Of a stretch of DNA of 58,195 nt, positions 53,183 to 58,195 are shown in pieces. Under the pieces are notes generated by a model that saw only the letters and a list, made by a program, of their open reading frames with translations, was not told the DNA's origin and did no database searches. The position numbers and the translations under genes were made by a program. Source of the stretch: a virus. Lineage: Duplodnaviria; Caudoviricetes. Each line of letters starts with the position of its first letter. Position 1 is the stretch's first letter. The stretch is taken from positions 1 to 58,195 of IMG/VR virus record IMGVR_UViG_3300032116_000229. One strand, given 5' to 3'.

Positions 53183-54517
53183 TTACTTGCCAGGCCAAAT
53201 TGCGACGTTGTTGCCACCCTCTTCGGTGGTTCGATGATAGAACTTGCCGCCGACAATCGCGAAATTCGTCACCTGAACATACTCCATTGCTGTCGCCTGA
53301 GTCTGTGTGTCGGCGTGGGCAATCAGAAACCCATTCGACCACCGTTCGCCTTCGCAGTACTCGGCCATACGCCTATGGCCGGCGCCAAGCTGGTGCCACT
53401 CATAGGTTCCATACATCGGGTTGTAGTTTTGCCAAATCTCATGGCTGTGATGGTGTCCATTCCAGCCGGGTACGCCCATCCTCCGAGCGTGCGGGAAGTG
53501 GTGGGCTATGAAGCAGCCAAAGTAGGACTTGTAGTTTTTCGCCAACTCTCGGCTGAAGTCAGTCTTGTTGAAGACGGACAAATCCATTTTGGCAACATAG
53601 TTGCACTCGTACTTGTCTAGACCCAGAAGCTTCGGAACAGTCCAGCCATGAAGGTCTGATAGAAGTACGCGCATTGCAGGAGTCGCGTCCGCAAGCATTC
53701 TAAGAAGACGGGCCTCATGATTTCCCTCGATGATATCCAGCTGGGCATTCGGTGCAGCCTCTCGGAGTGGCTTGAGAATGTGGTCATGCACGAACTGGAT
53801 CCGGCCAACCACGTCCCAGTCGCGGGGGTCGACCGTGTATTTTCCAAATTCGGGCAGGTCGAACACGTCGCCGTTAAGGCAGATAACGTCGGGCTGAATG
53901 CGTCGGGCCGCGTCAATGAAGGTGCGCAACCAGAACGGGTCGCACTCGCGGTCATGCAAGTCGGACCCCACTAGAATCGTCTTATAGCGTCCCTCGCGGG
54001 GCCTATCGTACTTACCCTCGTAGCCCATGCGTTCAGCGGACAACGCCCTGTAATGGTCTCTGGATGCGTGTACCGCGATGTTGCGCTCAAGGGCGTGGGC
54101 TTGCCGGGAAAGCTTGATGTTGGCTTGCCGCTTGAACTCCTCGAAGGTACCGAAGTACCGATTCCAGGTGGACTCAGAGATGCTTGAGTTTGTCCGGAAG
54201 AAGTTTCGGGTGATGACCTTGTCCGGGTGCGCCTCGGCAATCCGACGAAGCTCCGAAAGGCAGTCTTCCGCGCTGTACTCTTCCTGATACTTCTCGGCGC
54301 TTTCCGACATCAGCGGCGGGTGGTACTCACCGCGATGAATCAGCTCCGGGACCGACCGCTTGCCCTTGCCGCGAGCCGCCCGAAGGCGGCGTGCTTTGTC
54401 AGAAATCTGCTTGCGGGTAAGGCCGAGTGCTTCCGCAAGGTCTGCCGTGAGTGGGTATTTCTGGACGTTGTTATAAGCGGACGCAAAGTCGTTGTCGGAA
54501 AGCTTTCCCTTCTGCAT
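53183..54517 (-). CDS. calcineurin-like metallophosphoesterase with N-terminal HTH
   Basis: SDLH, GDVFD, GNHE and GHHH; N-terminal LAEALGLTRKQISDKARRL. Confidence 0.85.
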   Translation of the reverse strand: MQKGKLSDNDFASAYNNVQKYPLTADLAEALGLTRKQISDKARRLRAARGKGKRSVPELIHRGEYHPPLMSESAEKYQEEYSAEDCLSELRRIAEAHPDKVITRNFFRTNSSISESTWNRYFGTFEEFKRQANIKLSRQAHALERNIAVHASRDHYRALSAERMGYEGKYDRPREGRYKTILVGSDLHDRECDPFWLRTFIDAARRIQPDVICLNGDVFDLPEFGKYTVDPRDWDVVGRIQFVHDHILKPLREAAPNAQLDIIEGNHEARLLRMLADATPAMRVLLSDLHGWTVPKLLGLDKYECNYVAKMDLSVFNKTDFSRELAKNYKSYFGCFIAHHFPHARRMGVPGWNGHHHSHEIWQNYNPMYGTYEWHQLGAGHRRMAEYCEGERWSNGFLIAHADTQTQATAMEYVQVTNFAIVGGKFYHRTTEEGGNNVAIWPGK

Positions 54518-54575
54518 ACATCCTCATGAAGTTAGCCCAGGTAATGCAACTGCATTACCGCCCGGTCTGCGCTAG

Positions 54576-54878
54576 TTAGGCGTTCAGAATCATCTTGATG
54601 ACTGCTGCACCCACCATGGCGACCATGAACAGAACGGCGCCAACTACCCACCCTTTGATGGTTTTGAGCATTGGCATTTCGATTTCGACGGCCTTAATTC
54701 GGTGATCGTGGCTGTTGACGGCTTTCACAACCTTGTCGATTTCCTCGCGCGTTGTTGCATGGCGCAACTCGAGCGTCGTAAGCCGCTCTAGGTTCTTCGC
54801 CATCGCCTCCAGCGTGTCGTCAATCCGAGACAGCCGGTAATTGATGAGGTCCTTGTCGTCTTGGTTTTCGGATGTCAC
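54576..54878 (-). CDS. holin-like / XhlA-like coiled-coil + TM protein
   Basis: coiled coil then C-terminal TM; end of lysis cassette. Confidence 0.6.
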   Translation of the reverse strand: MTSENQDDKDLINYRLSRIDDTLEAMAKNLERLTTLELRHATTREEIDKVVKAVNSHDHRIKAVEIEMPMLKTIKGWVVGAVLFMVAMVGAAVIKMILNA

Positions 54879-55147
54879 TTCCGGTTCTCCAGCTGGTCTG
54901 CGACTGCTTCTCTGACTTTCACGGCGTCAATCAAGGCATCAAGCTTGGCCTTGCAACTGCGCCCCCACGTTCCCGCCTCTACCAGCGCACGAGCGAGGTC
55001 GTATTGGTCAGCATCTGTGAGTGGTGCCGCAGCACGCTCGGGGCATGACTCCAGGTACTCACGGGGCACCGGAGGCATCGAGATGGTGATTGATGGAGTC
55101 GCGCAACCCGACAGGAAGGCGACAACCGGCAGAAGAAGGATTCGCAT
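54875..55147 (-). CDS. o-spanin (Rz1-like lipoprotein)
   Basis: MRILLLPVVAFLSGC lipobox; Pro-rich; overlaps the i-spanin. Confidence 0.8.
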   Translation of the reverse strand: MRILLLPVVAFLSGCATPSITISMPPVPREYLESCPERAAAPLTDADQYDLARALVEAGTWGRSCKAKLDALIDAVKVREAVADQLENRK

Positions 55148-55406
55148 TCTTGGCCTCACTGAGTTGAGCCTGGAGCGTCGCAGCACGCCGCTGCGTTGCG
55201 GAAAGTTGAGCCTTAAGTTTGTCCACGCCCGCCGTGTCAACGGTCGTAATGGTGCTTGTGGTGACTTCCTGGGTAGTGGTCTGAACGGCCTCTACCGCCG
55301 CGTCACGCTTGGAAGTCTTCCAGGCGTGGTGGCCGTACCCAATGCCGTAGCCGAGGAGAAGGGTCAGCAGAATTGCTGCCCACACTCTGGGGTCCAGGAA
55401 AGGCAT
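55059..55406 (-). CDS. i-spanin (Rz-like)
   Basis: N-terminal TM, coiled coil, Cys near the C-terminus. Confidence 0.75.
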   Translation of the reverse strand: MPFLDPRVWAAILLTLLLGYGIGYGHHAWKTSKRDAAVEAVQTTTQEVTTSTITTVDTAGVDKLKAQLSATQRRAATLQAQLSEAKNANPSSAGCRLPVGLRDSINHHLDASGAP

Positions 55407-55411
55407 AACCC

Positions 55412-55639
55412 TTACCGATGCGGGAGCGGGGTCGTCGTGATGGCGCGCAGGGCAATGTTTGCCGCGCCACCAATGAGCAGAATCGCTGCGGCGGCCTTTG
55501 CACCAAAGAGGGTGGTAAGGTGCGCCCCGAACAGCTCGAGGCCCGCCAGAACTGCCAGCAGGACGTTCCAATACATCGTCCGGGAGCGGAGTGCGCCCCG
55601 AACCCAGTCCTTAAGGTTCACCATCACTTCGTCGGTCAT
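55412..55639 (-). CDS. holin-like two-TM protein
   Basis: RSRTMYWN...ANIALRAITTTP; coupled to the endolysin. Confidence 0.65.
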   Translation of the reverse strand: MTDEVMVNLKDWVRGALRSRTMYWNVLLAVLAGLELFGAHLTTLFGAKAAAAILLIGGAANIALRAITTTPLPHR

Positions 55640-56145
55640 ACTGCTCTCCAAAGAACTCTGGCAAGGGCGTCGCAACACGCCGCACGGTTGGCGTAGATTT
55701 GGTCCGCCCAGTAGACGAACTCCGGCTCCACAATGACTGCCGTACACTTAGTTTTAGAAAGGAAGGCCAGCGGACCCTTCGCGGGGTCCGCCTGATACCA
55801 GCCAATCTTCGTTCCGCGATTCGGGAAGAAGAACTGAGAGACGCAAGCCTGAATTTCTCCAGCCCAGGCCTGGCCGCTTATAGAGCCAGGGGCAAAGAGC
55901 GTTTCCGAGCCTTTGGCAGAGGGCGTAGCGGCGTTGAAGTGGATCTCCACCGCAAGGTCGCCCTTCTTTGCCCTGGCGTTAATCCAGGCAACTTTTCTGC
56001 CGAGGTCGCCAGTTGGCACCATCATGGCGTTGGGCATAAGGCGCGCAAGGTGGGTCACCCACTTAACGGCCTCCTGATGCTCAACAAAGCCTTTCCAAGC
56101 TGCGCCTGGTGCTGCCGGATGATGACCAGCCGAAAGAAACAGCAT
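55636..56145 (-). CDS. N-acetylmuramoyl-L-alanine amidase (Amidase_3) endolysin
   Basis: SAGH, E, EIHFNA, GSETL and AVIVEPEF. Confidence 0.88.
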   Translation of the reverse strand: MLFLSAGHHPAAPGAAWKGFVEHQEAVKWVTHLARLMPNAMMVPTGDLGRKVAWINARAKKGDLAVEIHFNAATPSAKGSETLFAPGSISGQAWAGEIQACVSQFFFPNRGTKIGWYQADPAKGPLAFLSKTKCTAVIVEPEFVYWADQIYANRAACCDALARVLWRAV

Positions 56146-56232
56146 TGCGACTCCTACCAATCTGTACTGACTAGTATACCAGCCTTCGTCATTCGTGACT
56201 TACTTTCTATGTATAAGGTCGCCCTTATACAG

Positions 56233-56646
56233 TCAGCAGTCTTCCGCGTCAGCGAACAGCGGCGGACCCTGCGTGGCAGGCACCCATACTTCGCGAACAA
56301 CAGGCTGCGGAGGTGGCGGCGGCAGCGGCTGGCCATTCTCGTCAAACGTCGGCGGCATCGGTGGCACCACCATGTCGGTGACGCGCTCGACGCGGCCGGG
56401 AATCTGCTGCGGCTGCTGCTTGACCCACTCGTAGGCTGCCGCAGTGCCGCCGTGACCGAGGTAGCCTTCGAGCGCCACGAGCGCATCGGATGCCGGTGCC
56501 TTGCCGTCGAGCCGTGCCTGCTCATCGAGGTAGCCCGCGATGATGACGGTGCCGGTGCCGGTGGCGAAGTCCTGCTGCACGCGAACGATGCGCCAGTATT
56601 CGCAGACGTGGCCCGAAGGAAGGGTTAGCGATTTCTTAAGTGCCAT
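56233..56646 (-). CDS. tail-fibre-associated protein
   Basis: directly after the tail gene; YWRI...GYLDEQAR...AYEWVK...FADAEDC with a Pro-rich insert. Confidence 0.6.
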   Translation of the reverse strand: MALKKSLTLPSGHVCEYWRIVRVQQDFATGTGTVIIAGYLDEQARLDGKAPASDALVALEGYLGHGGTAAAYEWVKQQPQQIPGRVERVTDMVVPPMPPTFDENGQPLPPPPPQPVVREVWVPATQGPPLFADAEDC

Positions 56647-56648
56647 GA

Positions 56649-58193
56649 TTATTCCTCTGTGCTTACGATGGAAACGCGCTGGCTGTTGCTGCCAGTGCCA
56701 AATGCGGTCGAGCGTGCCGTGACGGTCGCACGATAGGTGCGGTCGCCCATGCTGCTGTCAGAATCGGTGTACGTGACCGAGCCACTCATGGCTTGCTCCC
56801 AATAGCGGTAGTAGATGCCGCCCGGCTGCTGCTCACCGTCCGTGTAGTAACTCCAGTTGCCCGACACATTGAGCGTGGCAACCTCGGTTTCGCTGCCCGC
56901 GCCGATTTTCCGATAGAGCCGAACGGTGGCGCTGATGGTGCCGCTTGACGAGCCGCTCGATTGGTTCTGGAACTCCGTCCAAGTGCCGCTGTACGAGTAC
57001 GACACGGTGACCAACTTCGGGTCGCCATTCGTGCCGAACGGCCCGACGATAATTTGCGCCGAGGTCGAAAGGTCGCTTGTCTCGCCGCGATTCGTGAGCG
57101 TGCCCGCCGAAAGCGAGCCGCCAAAGTAGGCAGCGCCGTTCGTTTTGAGGTACGCCGTCGCGTTCGATTCGGTGCAGTTGGCGAGGTTGCTCTGATACGG
57201 GCCGAACCACTCGATGAACTGGCTGCTGCTGCCGAACGGCGCGCCGGTAACCTTCATCAGCGAGCCAATCTGTACGATGGTGCGGCCGTTGGTCACATCG
57301 GTGCGGTAGGTGTCGGCGGCGTTGCGGATGACACCAGCGGTGAGCGTGCCCACGTTGGCGCTGATGGCATCGAGCGTCGAAACCGCCATCTTCGCGGCAG
57401 TGACGGAGCCAGCCGCGATGGCGTTGGCGGTCACCGAGTTGGCGGCCATCTTGTCAGCCGTGATTGCTCCGGCTGCGACCTTCTGCGCGATAACCGAGCC
57501 GTCTACGATAAGGTCTGCGCCGGTTTTTTCGACAACCGAAAGCCGCGTGAACCGGGACACGCCTGCGCCGCTGTAGTTGGCGAGAACGCCGATACGAAGA
57601 AACGCCGCGCCTGGCGGAATCTTCGCAGTCTCGCCCGGCCCGAAGGCATAGCGGTACTCCGTCCATACCGAAGGGATGAGTTCATTTGCGCGGCCCCAAT
57701 AATGGAAACTGCCCGCGCTGTACCAGCCGGTCGGATAGTTGCCGCCGATTAGCAGGCTTCCAGCCGCGTCATAGAACGCGATGAGGAAGTACGAACCCGG
57801 CGAGCCGCTTACCTGTCGCGCCCAAATCGTGGCAAGGTAATTTTTGGTCGCATCAATCGGAACCATGCGCTCGCTGTAAGTCGTTTGACCCACTGACGAC
57901 ACTTCGAGCGCCTTCCCGGTCGGAGAACTCGTGTCGTTGACGATGGTGATTGTGCTACCGCTTGTCCACGCGGAAAGGTCTTGCGTGTTCGGGTCATCAA
58001 CAATCGACGCGCCCACCCCGGTGACCAGAAGTTTCCCGGTCGTGACCGCGTTGGCTGCAATCTTGTCGGCAACCACGGCTCCGGCGGCAATCTTTGATGC
58101 GATTACAGCGCCGTCAACGATGAGTTCCGCCGACGCGGCGCGAATGACGCGGAGATTGGTGAAGTAGACAGAGCCGCCACCGCCGAAGGTGCT
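56649..58193 (-). CDS. tail tip/central fibre protein (5' end outside window)
   Basis: frame open to the window edge; IVDG..I.A.KIAAGA(I/V)TA repeats separated by CBM-like beta domains. Confidence 0.8.
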   Translation of the reverse strand, partial: STFGGGGSVYFTNLRVIRAASAELIVDGAVIASKIAAGAVVADKIAANAVTTGKLLVTGVGASIVDDPNTQDLSAWTSGSTITIVNDTSSPTGKALEVSSVGQTTYSERMVPIDATKNYLATIWARQVSGSPGSYFLIAFYDAAGSLLIGGNYPTGWYSAGSFHYWGRANELIPSVWTEYRYAFGPGETAKIPPGAAFLRIGVLANYSGAGVSRFTRLSVVEKTGADLIVDGSVIAQKVAAGAITADKMAANSVTANAIAAGSVTAAKMAVSTLDAISANVGTLTAGVIRNAADTYRTDVTNGRTIVQIGSLMKVTGAPFGSSSQFIEWFGPYQSNLANCTESNATAYLKTNGAAYFGGSLSAGTLTNRGETSDLSTSAQIIVGPFGTNGDPKLVTVSYSYSGTWTEFQNQSSGSSSGTISATVRLYRKIGAGSETEVATLNVSGNWSYYTDGEQQPGGIYYRYWEQAMSGSVTYTDSDSSMGDRTYRATVTARSTAFGTGSNSQRVSIVSTEE

Positions 58194-58195
58194 CT

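Noticed and set aside
1-58195. tRNA genes, introns/inteins, stop-codon reassignment
   Set aside because: No T-loop/cloverleaf noticed by eye; core genes are uninterrupted and of normal length in the standard code; tRNAscan-SE would be needed to be sure

Overview
A 58-kb slice of a large tailed dsDNA phage genome, probably infecting a Gram-negative host (spanin pair present). Nearly all real genes are on the minus strand. From right to left: a truncated tail-tip/fibre gene and lysis cassette (amidase, two holin-like genes, i/o-spanins); a replication and recombination block (metallophosphoesterase, PhoH, Hfq-like Sm protein, DnaB-type helicase, primase, ATP-dependent ligase, GMK-like kinase, vWA/AAA 'CobT/CobS-like' pair, sigma-like factor, DnaE with a C-terminal UDG-like domain, UvsY-like, SET methyltransferase, SSB, 5'-3' exonuclease, RecA, SbcCD, RuvC); nucleotide metabolism (class II RNR, dUTPase, ThyX, P-loop kinase); then many small early/accessory genes and two ~1-1.6 kb non-coding islands. 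From recall only, this gene set resembles SSU5/pHCM2-like phages or phage-plasmids; I could not test that. Most notable observations: (1) a ~300-nt, multi-junction structured non-coding RNA candidate (1959-2262, minus) with its own sigma70-like promoter and intrinsic terminator, beside a helically phased CCATGG array, in a phage that also encodes an Hfq homologue; (2) a 4.6-kb array of ~17 tiny translationally coupled genes joined by conserved DNA junctions and built from shared peptide modules, which looks like a recombination-shuffled cassette library; (3) three unrelated proteins ending in the same W-x-x-W tail; (4) an H-type pseudoknot next to the RBS of a putative DNA-binding gene; (5) two recurring intergenic motif families and two hairpin-framed G-quadruplex elements. 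All family assignments come from motif recognition by eye, not database searches.
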